NCBI GenBank assembly: GCA_965220965.1
Contig: OZ244852.1
Span: forward strand, 1,376,001-1,440,000
DNA length: 64,000 nucleotides
From: Candidatus Marinacidobacterium sp.
GTDB lineage: Bacteria > Acidobacteriota > Vicinamibacteria > Marinacidobacterales > Marinacidobacteraceae
Reading direction: 5' to 3'
A program made the position numbers and the translations under genes. Under the pieces are notes generated by a model that saw nothing but the letters and a program-made list of their open reading frames with translations, was not told the origin of the DNA and ran no database searches. How positions within the stretch are numbered: position 1 is the stretch's first letter; each line of letters opens with the position of its first letter. Positions 1 through 9,377 of the stretch are shown here, piece by piece.

Positions 1-316
1 GCGCCGCCGGATCGCGCGCCAGGTCCCGGTGGACGAACTCGGTGAACTGGCGAACCTCCTCCTGCATGCGCTGCATCTTCTCCCGCATCTGGAGAATGAT
101 GTCCACTCCGGCGAGATTCACGCCGAGCTCGCGGAGGTTCAGGATCGTCTGGAGGCGCTGGAGATCGGCGTCGGTGTAGACGCGGGTGTTCCCTTCGGTG
201 CGCGACGGCCGCAGCAGCCCCTCGCGCTCGTAGAGACGCAGGGTCTGCGGATGGATGTCGTAGAGCTCCGCCACCGCGCTGATCATGTAGACGCCCTTGC
301 GGCGCTCGGCGCTCAT
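1..316 (-). CDS. hspR: HspR-like MerR-family heat-shock repressor (3' end truncated by window edge)
   Basis: Not in ORF track. Manual translation gives MSAERRKGVYMISAVAELYDIHPQTLRLYEREGLLRPSRTEGNTRVYTDADLQRL...LGVNLAGV, the HspR signature. ATG overlaps the dnaJ stop (ATGA). Confidence 0.9.
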   Translation of the reverse strand, partial: MSAERRKGVYMISAVAELYDIHPQTLRLYEREGLLRPSRTEGNTRVYTDADLQRLQTILNLRELGVNLAGVDIILQMREKMQRMQEEVRQFTEFVHRDLARDPAA

Positions 317-1458
317 GCCGAGCCCTCCGCCCCGGCGGCGTCCGCGAAGGAAGCGCGCAGGTCGTCGCGCGGCGAGTCGGGATAGCGCTCGGCGAGTTCG
401 CGCAGCAGGTCGCGCGAGCGGTCGTCCCGGATCTCGGGAATCCGCACCTTGACCTCGAGGAAGAGGTCTCCCGGTTCTCCTCCGGGGACCGCCGGAACCC
501 CTCGTCCGGCGAGCCGGATCCGGGCCCCGGGCTGCACCCCCGGCGGAAGGCGCACCGTCACCGGCCCGGTCAGGGTTGGCGCCTCGACCTTGCCGCCGAC
601 GGCGGCCTCCGCCAGCGTGAGCGGCAGCGGGCAGATCACATTGCCGCCCCGGCGCTTCAGGACCGGATGAGGCTCCACCTCGACGTGAAGCCGCAGGTCC
701 CCGTCCGGTTCGCTCCGCACCCCCTGGTGGCCCGCCCGCGCGACGACGATGGTGGCCCCGTCCATCACGCCGGCGGGGACCCGCGCCACGACCCGCCGGG
801 GACGCGCGCGGCGCCCGCGTCCAGCGCACTCGCGGCAGTGGGTGTGGAACAGTTGCCCCCGCCCCTCGCAGTCGCCGCAGGGCCGGACGAAGACCATGTG
901 GCGGAACCGGCGCAGCCGGCGGCCCTCGCCGCGGCAGGCGGTGCACTCCACCCCGGATTCGGCGAGCCCCTCGCGGACCGGCCGCTCACCTTGCCCGCCG
1001 CAGGCGCCGCAGCCCTCCTTCCGGAGGATCCGCAGCCGCACCTGTTTCCCTTCGAGCGACTCCAGAAACGACAGCTTCGCGCGGGCGTGGATGTGGTTCC
1101 CGCCAGCGCTCGCGGACTCGGCCTCCGTCCCGCTCCCGAACAGTTCGTGGAGCGGCCGCTCGTCGGGCGACGGCTCGTGGCCAAAGTCGAAACCGGCGAA
1201 GCCGTAGCGCTTGCGCTTCGGTCGGGGCGGCGGCGGCTCCCGGTCCCCGCGCTCGTCGTATTCGGCGCGCCGATCCGGGTCGGCGAGGACCTCGAAGGCG
1301 TGCTGGACGAGCCGGTACCGCTCCTCGACGACGAGGTCGTTCGGGTTCAGGTCCGGATGGAGCCGGCGCGCGAGCCTCCGGTAGGCGCTGCGGATGCGGG
1401 CGAGGTTCGCGGTGGGCTGGACCCCGAGGACCTGGTAGTAGTCCACCCGCCGGGCCAT
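313..1458 (-). CDS. dnaJ: DnaJ chaperone (J-domain, four CxxCxGxG zinc-finger motifs, C-terminal domain)
   Basis: DYYQVLGV...HPD J-domain; CGACGGQG, CTACRGEG, CGDCEGRG, CRECAGRG; lies between dnaK and hspR. Start placed at MARRVDYY. Confidence 0.88.
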   Translation of the reverse strand: MARRVDYYQVLGVQPTANLARIRSAYRRLARRLHPDLNPNDLVVEERYRLVQHAFEVLADPDRRAEYDERGDREPPPPRPKRKRYGFAGFDFGHEPSPDERPLHELFGSGTEAESASAGGNHIHARAKLSFLESLEGKQVRLRILRKEGCGACGGQGERPVREGLAESGVECTACRGEGRRLRRFRHMVFVRPCGDCEGRGQLFHTHCRECAGRGRRARPRRVVARVPAGVMDGATIVVARAGHQGVRSEPDGDLRLHVEVEPHPVLKRRGGNVICPLPLTLAEAAVGGKVEAPTLTGPVTVRLPPGVQPGARIRLAGRGVPAVPGGEPGDLFLEVKVRIPEIRDDRSRDLLRELAERYPDSPRDDLRASFADAAGAEGSA

Positions 1459-1480
1459 CGCCGTCCGTTCCCGTTCCGCG

Positions 1481-3412
1481 TCAGGAATCCACGATTTCCG
1501 CGTCCACGATGTTGTCGTCGGCGGCGCCGTTGCCCCGGCCGGAACGCTTCGAGCCGCCCGGCGGCGGAGGCGGCGGCGCCTGCCCGTCACCCGCGGCGGC
1601 GTCGCCCTGGGTCTTCTGACGGTACATCAGCTCGGCCAGCCGGTGACTCGCCTTCTCGAGCTCTTCGCGGGCCTTGCGGATCCGGTCCATGTCCTCGTCC
1701 TTGAGGGCGGCCCGCGCCTGGGCGACCGCGGCCTCGACCTCGGCGGTCGCGGAAGCGTCATCGAGATTCGCCCGGTTCTCGTTCAGCATCTTCTCGACCT
1801 GGTGCGCGAGCGAGTCGGTCTCGTTCCGGAACTCGACGTCGGTCCGACGCGCCTTGTCGGCGTCCTCGTTGGCGGTCGCCTCGGACTTCATCCGCTCGAT
1901 CTCGTCCTTGGACAGGCCGCTCGAGGCGGTGATCGTGATCGCCTGCTCCCGCCCGGTGGCCTTGTCCTTCGCCGAGACGTTCACGATGCCGTTCGCGTCG
2001 ATGTCGAAGGTGACCTCGATCTGGGGGATGCCGCGCGGCGCCGGCGGGATGCCGACGAGGCTGAACTTGCCAAGCGTCCGGTTGTCGCTCGCCATGGCGC
2101 GCTCCCCCTGGAGCACGTGGACTTCGACCTGCGGCTGGTTGTCGGCGGCGGTCGAGAAGGTCTCGCTCGCCCGGTGCGGGATCGTGGTGTTGCGCTCCAC
2201 CAGACGGGTGAAGACGCCCCCAAGCGTCTCGATGCCGAGCGACAGCGGAGTGACGTCCAGGAGGAGGATGTCCTTTTTCTCGCCGGAGAGCACGCCCGCC
2301 TGGGTCGCCGCGCCGAGCGCCACGACCTCGTCCGGGTTGACGCCCTGGTGCGGGGCCACCCCGAAGATCTTCCGGGCCATTTCCTGGACCCGCGGGATGC
2401 GGGTCGTGCCGCCGACGAGCACGACTTCGTCCACCGAGGCCGAACCGAGGCCGGCGTCCTCGATCGCCTGCCGGCAGGGCTGCTCGGTGCGGTCGAGCAG
2501 GTCCTCGATCAGGGCCTCGAACCGGGAGCGGGTCAGCGTGAGCTCGAGGTGCTTCGGCCCCTCGGCGTCGGCGGTGATGAACGGAAGGTTGATCTGGGTC
2601 TCGAGGGTGGTGGAGAGCTCGATCTTGGCCTTCTCGGCGGCGTCCTTCAGGCGCTGCACCGCCATCGGGTCCTTCCGCAGGTCGATGCCGTGCGACTTCC
2701 GGAACTCCACGACCATCCAGTCCATCACGACGTTGTCGATGTCATCGCCGCCGAGCGCGGTGTCGCCGTTCGTGGACCGGACCTCGACGACTCCGTCGCC
2801 GACTTCCAGGATCGAGATGTCGAAGGTGCCGCCCCCGAAGTCGTAGACGGCGATCTTCTCGTTGCCCTTCTTCTCGAGCCCGTACGCCAGCGCGGCCGCG
2901 GTGGGCTCGTTCACGATGCGCACGACATCGAGTCCGGCGATCTCTCCGGCGTCCTTGGTCGCCTGCCGCTGCGAGTCGTTGAAATAGGCGGGAACGGTGA
3001 TGACGGCCTTTTCGACCGGCCCCCCGAGGTAGTCCTCGGCCGAAGCCTTCATCTTCTGGAGCACCATCGCCGAGATCTCCGGCGGGGTGTACCCCTTCCC
3101 GGCGAGGCGAACCTCGATCCCGCCGTCGCCCTTCCTCGCGACCTCGTAGGTCGAGGACTCGCGCTCGTCGGCGGCCTCGTCGTAGCGGCGGCCCATGAAC
3201 CGCTTGATGGAGGAAACGGTGTTCCCGGGGTTCGTGATCGCCTGCCGCTTCGCCACCTCGCCCACGAGGCGCTCGTTCGACTTGGAGATCCCCACGACCG
3301 AGGGGGTGGTTCGCCCCCCTTCGGCGTTCGGGATGATCACGGGCTGACCACCCTCCATGACGGCCACGACCGAGTTCGTGGTCCCCAGATCGATGCCGAT
3401 GATCTTGCTCAT
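1481..3412 (-). CDS. dnaK: Chaperone DnaK (Hsp70)
   Basis: [28 protein letters not shown] and DFGGGTFD motifs; 643 aa. Confidence 0.98.
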   Translation of the reverse strand: MSKIIGIDLGTTNSVVAVMEGGQPVIIPNAEGGRTTPSVVGISKSNERLVGEVAKRQAITNPGNTVSSIKRFMGRRYDEAADERESSTYEVARKGDGGIEVRLAGKGYTPPEISAMVLQKMKASAEDYLGGPVEKAVITVPAYFNDSQRQATKDAGEIAGLDVVRIVNEPTAAALAYGLEKKGNEKIAVYDFGGGTFDISILEVGDGVVEVRSTNGDTALGGDDIDNVVMDWMVVEFRKSHGIDLRKDPMAVQRLKDAAEKAKIELSTTLETQINLPFITADAEGPKHLELTLTRSRFEALIEDLLDRTEQPCRQAIEDAGLGSASVDEVVLVGGTTRIPRVQEMARKIFGVAPHQGVNPDEVVALGAATQAGVLSGEKKDILLLDVTPLSLGIETLGGVFTRLVERNTTIPHRASETFSTAADNQPQVEVHVLQGERAMASDNRTLGKFSLVGIPPAPRGIPQIEVTFDIDANGIVNVSAKDKATGREQAITITASSGLSKDEIERMKSEATANEDADKARRTDVEFRNETDSLAHQVEKMLNENRANLDDASATAEVEAAVAQARAALKDEDMDRIRKAREELEKASHRLAELMYRQKTQGDAAAGDGQAPPPPPPGGSKRSGRGNGAADDNIVDAEIVDS

Positions 3413-3546
3413 TCGAAATCAGACTCCTGTTCCGGCGAATTCCGGTCTCGGGGTCTGGCGCGGGCTCGTCGCTGCTCCAACGGGAGGTTCAGCAGCCCCG
3501 CCCTCCCCTTTGCGAGGAGAAGTATATACGCAGTTAGTGAAGATGA

Positions 3547-3567
3547 TCTGAGTCAGGAGCTGTCAAG
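3547..3567 (-). promoter_or_regulatory. HAIR-like HspR operator overlapping a TTGACA -35 box upstream of dnaK
   Basis: Minus strand CTTGACA-N7-ACTCAGA versus HAIR consensus CTTGAGT-N7-ACTCAAG; upstream of the operon that encodes HspR. Confidence 0.6.
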
Positions 3568-3617
3568 CCAGGGACCGCAATCAGGTCAGCGCGAGGACGC
3601 GGACCGGGCGGCGCGGT

Positions 3618-4520
3618 CTAGCGGAGGAGTTCGCGGATCGCGGGCTCGAGGACATCCCGCGACTGGAAGTTCACGAAGTGGCGGACGATGAGCCCTTCGC
3701 GGTTCGCGAGGAACAGCGTCGGGAAGATGTTCACGTTCCCCAGCTCGGCGCGATCCTCCTCCGTCAGGTGCAGGTTCTCGAACCCGACGCCGCCCTTCGC
3801 GATGTGGGCCTGGCGATCGGCATCGGTGTAGGGGAGCTTGAGGACGCGGTCGGCGTTCAGCCCGATGATCGTGAGTCCCTCACCCGAGATGTCCTGGTGG
3901 AGCTCCTCGAGCACCGGAGCGATCTGGACGCAGGGAGGGCAGTTCGTGAACCACACGTAGACCAGCGTGGCGTCGTTCATGTGGTCAGCGACCGCGAGGT
4001 CGCCCCCGGCGAAGCGCTCGCCGGAGATCGCGGGGAGGGAGCGCCCCTCCCACCCGGTCAGGCTGCGGCTCACCGCCATGGCGAACCGGTCGTCGGCGCG
4101 CACCATGTCCTGGTTGATCGACACGAGGTTCCCGTCGCCGTCACGCGTCAGGAAACGGGGAACCCGGGGATCCGACTCCATGATCCGGAGCACGACGTCC
4201 ACCGCGGACTCGTCATAGAGCGAGAACTGCCCGGCGATCTCGGTCAGCGTGGGCAGCCGTCCTTCCCTGCCCTCGAACTCGACGATGAACAGCGGAGTGC
4301 GGAAGAAGATGTCGTTCAGCCGGTCGAGCGCGCGCTGTTCCTCCGGCGCCTGGAAGCGCTCCACCAGCGCCGAGAGCAGCAGGCGCTCGCCCGGCTGGAG
4401 GGAGTCGCGGACATGCTCGAGGATGCGTCGTTCGGCGTCAGCCTGCGAGGACTGGGCCGCCGCCGGAACGACTGCGAAGAGCGCGAGGAACGAAGACAGG
4501 ACAAGGGCGAGCAGGGGCAT
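3618..4520 (-). CDS. Secreted TlpA/redoxin-family thiol-disulfide oxidoreductase with N-terminal extension
   Basis: Signal peptide MPLLALVLSSFLALFAVVPAAAQ; WFTNCPPC active site; IFPTLFL cis-Pro loop; TAGAAT 7 nt before the ATG. Confidence 0.8.
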   Translation of the reverse strand: MPLLALVLSSFLALFAVVPAAAQSSQADAERRILEHVRDSLQPGERLLLSALVERFQAPEEQRALDRLNDIFFRTPLFIVEFEGREGRLPTLTEIAGQFSLYDESAVDVVLRIMESDPRVPRFLTRDGDGNLVSINQDMVRADDRFAMAVSRSLTGWEGRSLPAISGERFAGGDLAVADHMNDATLVYVWFTNCPPCVQIAPVLEELHQDISGEGLTIIGLNADRVLKLPYTDADRQAHIAKGGVGFENLHLTEEDRAELGNVNIFPTLFLANREGLIVRHFVNFQSRDVLEPAIRELLR

Positions 4521-4568
4521 GTTCCGGATTCTAAGGAGTTCCCGGCCGCGTTGCCCGGGCGACGCCGC

Positions 4569-6026
4569 ATGGGGGTAGACTCGGAGGGCGTGGAGCGCCT
4601 GCCGGAACCCTTCCGCCGCCACGTCCGGCGTGGTCTCCCGGCGCGCCGTGGAGGCTCCGGCCGCCTCGTCGCCGCCGTTTCGCTCCTCGTCGCCGCCGGA
4701 TGCGCCGAGCGCGTCCTGCCGGAGATACCGGTCGCGCCGGTCACCGGCTGGAACTACGTCGAGAGCCGGCGGCCGGCGGGCGGCGCCGACCTGACCGCGC
4801 CGCAGCAGGAGACACTGGAGACGGGCTGGGCCTGGCTCCTGGCCGCGAACCTGCGGGAGGCCGAGGGCGCGCTTCAGCCGCTGCTCGCCGAAGCTCCGGA
4901 GGATCCCGGGGTCCTCGCGGCCTCCGGTTATCTCGAACTGCGCCGGGGCCGCCCCGAACTCGCGGAGCCGCTCTTCGACGAGGCGCTGGCGCGGGACGCC
5001 GGGAGCGCCCTCGCGGCGCTCGGCGGCGTCCTGACCGCGCTCGGGTCCGAGGACCGCGAGACGCTCTATTCGCGATTGCGGCGGCTCGAAGCGATCGAGC
5101 CCGAGGCGCCCGCGGTCGTGGAGCTTCTTCCCGATGTGGTCCGGGAGGTCGCCGACAGCCGACTCGCCGCCGCCCGGGACGCCGTCCGCGCCGGCGCCGC
5201 CGGGTCGGAGATCGCCGAGGCCTACGCGGCCGCGCTCGAAGCGGTCCCCGATTCGATCGACCTGGTGTTCGAAGCCGCCGAGGCGGCCGCCGCGGCGGGC
5301 GGGGGCGAGCAGGCGAGGCGTTGGTTCGAACAGGTCGCCCGGGACCCCGATGCGGGGGAGCGGGAAGCGCTCACCGCCTCGATCGAGGTCGCCCGGCTGC
5401 TGGCCGAGTCGGGCCGGGTCGCCGAGGGGCTGACGCGGATTGACCGGATCCGGGCCGATGCGCGCCTCGGGCGGCAGCCCGATCTCCGGGAGCGGGCCCG
5501 GGAGCTCGCGGACCGCCTCGCGTACGCCCGGCTCACCGAGCGCTACGACCGGATCCGGGAGACCGAGCGGGGAACCCGGGAACAGCTCGCCGCGGCGCTC
5601 GTGCTGGCGCTCGGCATCCCCGACCCGGACACCGGGGGCGCGAGGGTCGTGATCGCGGTGGACCTCGAGCGAAGCTGGGCGGCGGACCAGATCCTCGCCG
5701 CCGTGGGCGCGGGATATCTGAGGCTCTTCCCGGACAACACCTTCAAGCCGCGCGACTACGTGACGCGGGCGGAACTCGCCGAAGCTCTCGACGCCGCGCT
5801 CGCGGCCCTCGACCGCGCCGCGTGGCGCGACGCCGGCGAGGGCGCATCGGAGCTGGAGTTCAACGACGTGCCCCGCGGCCGGCGGACCAGCGGGGCCATC
5901 GACCGCGCGGTCGGGCTGGGGCTCCTCGCCGCCCCGGGCGGGGCCTTCCGCCCGCTCGACTTCGCCTCCGGCGCGGAGATCGTGCGCGCCGTGGAGGCCC
6001 TGCGCGACCGGCTCGGTCGAAGCTGA
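4569..6026 (+). CDS. Putative lipoprotein with TPR-like helical repeats and C-terminal SLH domains
   Basis: LVAAGC lipobox; Ala/Leu-rich helical repeats; FPDNTFKPRDYVTRAELA and FNDVP SLH-like motifs. Start uncertain. Confidence 0.7.
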   Translation: MGVDSEGVERLPEPFRRHVRRGLPARRGGSGRLVAAVSLLVAAGCAERVLPEIPVAPVTGWNYVESRRPAGGADLTAPQQETLETGWAWLLAANLREAEGALQPLLAEAPEDPGVLAASGYLELRRGRPELAEPLFDEALARDAGSALAALGGVLTALGSEDRETLYSRLRRLEAIEPEAPAVVELLPDVVREVADSRLAAARDAVRAGAAGSEIAEAYAAALEAVPDSIDLVFEAAEAAAAAGGGEQARRWFEQVARDPDAGEREALTASIEVARLLAESGRVAEGLTRIDRIRADARLGRQPDLRERARELADRLAYARLTERYDRIRETERGTREQLAAALVLALGIPDPDTGGARVVIAVDLERSWAADQILAAVGAGYLRLFPDNTFKPRDYVTRAELAEALDAALAALDRAAWRDAGEGASELEFNDVPRGRRTSGAIDRAVGLGLLAAPGGAFRPLDFASGAEIVRAVEALRDRLGRS

Positions 6027-6088
6027 CGCATCCGCGGCCTCGCGGTCCCGTCACGCCGGGCGCCGCCGCTTGTGATGAGATAGGCGGC

Positions 6089-8263
6089 ATGTCCCTCGAC
6101 GCTCGCCCCGGCTCCCTCCTTCCGCGTCTCCGCCCCGTGTGGGGGCTCGTGCTGGCCCTCGCGACGCCATGGGGCGCGGCGGCGCAGGAGCGGACCCTCA
6201 CCGTTTCGCCGCAGTCGCTCGAGCTGCGCGTCGGGCAGACGGCCACGATCACCGCCGACCTCACCGGAGGAGAGGCGGGAACCGGCGCCGGGATCCTCTT
6301 CTTCTCGCTCGACCCGACGGATGTGAGCGTCTCCCACCGGGGCGTGGTGAGCGCCCACCGGGCGGGCGACCACACGCTGGTGGCGCTCGCGCCCGCCGCC
6401 GGGACGACCCCCGGCTTCACCCGCGCGGACGACCCGGGGCTCCGGGTGGAGATTCCGGTGCGCGTCCTGCCGTCCGAGCTCGCGTCGCTTCGCTTCGAAG
6501 GCTTGCCGGCGCAGGTCCTCGTCGGCGCCAGCGTCCCGGTGCGCGTCCTCGCCGAGGACACCGGATCGGAACCGCGGGACGTCCGTCCGGAACTCGCCGC
6601 GTCCCCCGGGACGCTGGCGGTCGCCTCGACCTTCGGTCCGCTGTTCGAGGGGACGTACCACGCCCACCCGTTCTACGACCGCCCGCGACCGCCGACCTAC
6701 CTCGCCGACGCGGCGGGGGTGCTGCGGGCGCTGACGCCGGGAACCGTGACCCTGACCGCCCGGCTCGGCGAGCTCTCCGCCGAGACGGAGATTGAGGTCC
6801 TGCCCAACCCGGCGCGCTCGCTCGCGCTGTCGGCCGTCTTCGCCGGCGAGCCGCTCGACGGCGCGGTGCGCACCGGGGACGTCGTGCGGTTCGAGGCCGA
6901 GGCGCGGGACGGTTCGGGCGAGCCGGTTCCCGAGGCCCCGGTGCGCTACTCCCTCGAATCCCACCCGGACCCCAGCCGCTACGACACCGTGGGGGCCGGC
7001 GCCGCGGCGCAGGTCCTGGCGGACGGCCGGTTCGTCGCCGAGCAGCCCGGGCTCTATCTCGTCGCCGCCTCTTCGGGAGCGGCCCGCGCCGAGCGGGCGG
7101 TCCAGGTCGTCCCGCGGGATGTGGGAATGGCGATCGAATTCGTCGGGCACGCCCCGGTGCGGGACCGGGCGAGCTCCGACCTGTGGATCTGGGAGGGAGT
7201 GGACGGGCGCGACTACGCGGCGCTCGGAACCTGGAACGCCGACGGCCACGCGCTGTTCTTCGATGTGACCGATCCCGCGAACATGCAGCGGATCTCGGAG
7301 ATCCAGGTGGACGCCCGGACGGTGAACGACGTGAAGGTCTCGGCGGACGGAAGGACCGCGGTCATCACCCGCGAAGGCGCCTCGAACCGCCGCAACGGCT
7401 TCGTGATCCTCGATGTCTCGGACCCGAGGAACCCGGAGGTCCTGTCCCGGTTCGACGACGAAATGACCGGCGGAGTCCACAACGTGTTCCTCCACGAGGG
7501 CCACATCTACGCGATCAACAACGGAAGCCGGTGGGACGTGGTGAACGCCGAGGATCCGTCGAACCCGTTCCGGGTCTCGCGGTTCGCCGATCCCCGACCG
7601 GGCCGCAGCGTCCACGATGTCTGGGTCCACGACGGGATCGCGTTCCAGGCCGGAAACACCGACGGCCTCGTCGTCGTCGACGTGGGCGGCGGGGGGATGG
7701 GCGGCTCGCCCCGGAACCCGGTCGAAATGGGTCGCCTCTACCAGTTGACCGGCTGGAACCACGCGGTCTGGCCGTTCCGCAGCCGCTCGGCCGACCGGTT
7801 CTACATCGTGACCGGGGACGAATCCCATCCGGTGAACCCGAGGATCCCCGGGCCCATCATCTCGTGGGAGGAGCGGATGCCCTCCCGCGCGATGGGATTC
7901 ATCCACATCAACGAGTTCGACGACCCCGAGCGTCCGGTGGAGATCGCGCGCTACCGGGTCCCGGAGGCCGGTCCCCACAACCTCTGGATCGATCTCGACG
8001 AGGACCTCATGTACGTGGCGTACTTCAACGGGGGCCTGCGGGTCGTGGATGTCTCCGGGGAGCTCGTCGGGGATCTCTACCGGCAGGGGCGCGAGGTCGC
8101 CAAGTTCTACTCCGATGACCCGCAGGGGTTCATCCCGAACGCCCCATTCGTCTGGGGGCCCCAGCCGCACAAGGGGACGATCTTCTTCTCGGACTTCAAC
8201 AGCGGGCTGTGGGCGGTTCGCCTCGTCCCTTCGGAAGACCGCTCGCCCTCCACCCTCGAATAG
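6089..8263 (+). CDS. Secreted Ig-like domain plus LVIVD-repeat beta-propeller protein
   Basis: Signal peptide; N-terminal Ig-like segments; repeated ILDVSDP/VVVDV, HNVF, HDVWV, HNLW motifs; YFNGGLRVVDVSG. Confidence 0.75.
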   Translation: MSLDARPGSLLPRLRPVWGLVLALATPWGAAAQERTLTVSPQSLELRVGQTATITADLTGGEAGTGAGILFFSLDPTDVSVSHRGVVSAHRAGDHTLVALAPAAGTTPGFTRADDPGLRVEIPVRVLPSELASLRFEGLPAQVLVGASVPVRVLAEDTGSEPRDVRPELAASPGTLAVASTFGPLFEGTYHAHPFYDRPRPPTYLADAAGVLRALTPGTVTLTARLGELSAETEIEVLPNPARSLALSAVFAGEPLDGAVRTGDVVRFEAEARDGSGEPVPEAPVRYSLESHPDPSRYDTVGAGAAAQVLADGRFVAEQPGLYLVAASSGAARAERAVQVVPRDVGMAIEFVGHAPVRDRASSDLWIWEGVDGRDYAALGTWNADGHALFFDVTDPANMQRISEIQVDARTVNDVKVSADGRTAVITREGASNRRNGFVILDVSDPRNPEVLSRFDDEMTGGVHNVFLHEGHIYAINNGSRWDVVNAEDPSNPFRVSRFADPRPGRSVHDVWVHDGIAFQAGNTDGLVVVDVGGGGMGGSPRNPVEMGRLYQLTGWNHAVWPFRSRSADRFYIVTGDESHPVNPRIPGPIISWEERMPSRAMGFIHINEFDDPERPVEIARYRVPEAGPHNLWIDLDEDLMYVAYFNGGLRVVDVSGELVGDLYRQGREVAKFYSDDPQGFIPNAPFVWGPQPHKGTIFFSDFNSGLWAVRLVPSEDRSPSTLE

Positions 8264-8329
8264 GCCCACTCCCACCGTGGATCCGCCGCCAGCCGGACAC
8301 CGGCGGGCGCCCCGACCCGACGCTCTCCC

Positions 8330-9283
8330 GTGACGCGGCTGCTGAACATCGGGACGCTGGCTTTCCCGGTGTGGGTGCTCGCCGCGAGCGGGATCGCACT
8401 CGCGCGGCCCGGCGTCTTCACCTGGTTCAGCGGGCCGCTGATCCCGATCGGGCTCGGGCTCATCATGCTGGCGATGGGCCTCACCCTCGAAGTGGAGGAC
8501 TTCCGCCGGGTCCTGCGACGGCCGGCGCCGATCGGGCTGGGCGCCGCGCTGCAATTCGTGGTCATGCCCACGATGGGGTGGAGCGTGGCGGCGGCGATGG
8601 GGCTCCCCACCGAATTCGCGGTGGGGCTCATCCTGGTTTCCTGCTGCCCCGGCGGGGTCGCCTCGAACGTCATCTCCTACCTGTCGCTCGCCGACGTGCC
8701 GGCGTCCGTCTCGATGACCGCGGTCTCGACCGCCGCCTCGGTGGCGATGACGCCGCTCCTGACCGCGTGGCTCGCCGGCAGCCGGATCGACGTCCCGGCG
8801 GGAGGCCTGCTGCTGAGCACGTTCCAGGTCGTCGTGCTCCCGATCCTCGCCGGGCTCTTCCTGAAGAGCTCCTTCCGGAAGCTCACGAACGCCGTCCTGC
8901 CGTTCGGGCCGTTCGTCTCGGTGATCCTGATCACGCTCATCGTGGCCTCGATCATCGGCGCCAGCCGCGCCGCGATCCTCGAGTCGGGCGCGACCCTGCT
9001 GGTCGCGGTCTTCTGGCTCCACCTCGGCGGGTTCGGTCTCGGCTACGGCCTCACCCGGCTGCTGGGACGCGGCGAACGAATCGCCCGCACCGTCGCGATC
9101 GAGGTCGGGATGCAGAACTCCGGCCTCGGCGTCGTCCTCGCCCGGCAGAACTTCCAGGACCCGCTGGTCGCGGTTCCGAGCGCGATGTCGAGCCTGATGC
9201 ATTCGCTGTTCGGCAGCCTGTTCGCCGGACTCTGCCGGTGGCGAGCGGACCGCAGCGCGCCGGATCCGGGAGAAACGACGTGA
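8330..9283 (+). CDS. Bile acid:sodium symporter (BASS) family transporter
   Basis: MLAMGLTL, CCPGGVASN and IEVGMQNSGL motifs; multiple TM helices. Confidence 0.92.
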   Translation: MTRLLNIGTLAFPVWVLAASGIALARPGVFTWFSGPLIPIGLGLIMLAMGLTLEVEDFRRVLRRPAPIGLGAALQFVVMPTMGWSVAAAMGLPTEFAVGLILVSCCPGGVASNVISYLSLADVPASVSMTAVSTAASVAMTPLLTAWLAGSRIDVPAGGLLLSTFQVVVLPILAGLFLKSSFRKLTNAVLPFGPFVSVILITLIVASIIGASRAAILESGATLLVAVFWLHLGGFGLGYGLTRLLGRGERIARTVAIEVGMQNSGLGVVLARQNFQDPLVAVPSAMSSLMHSLFGSLFAGLCRWRADRSAPDPGETT

Positions 9284-9377
9284 CTCCCGGCCGATCCCCG
9301 GCCCGGTCGCCGAGCGTCCCCGGACGCCGGGCCTCTTCGGCGTCCCGCAATTTCCCGCCCCCACGGAGGTTTCCCGC

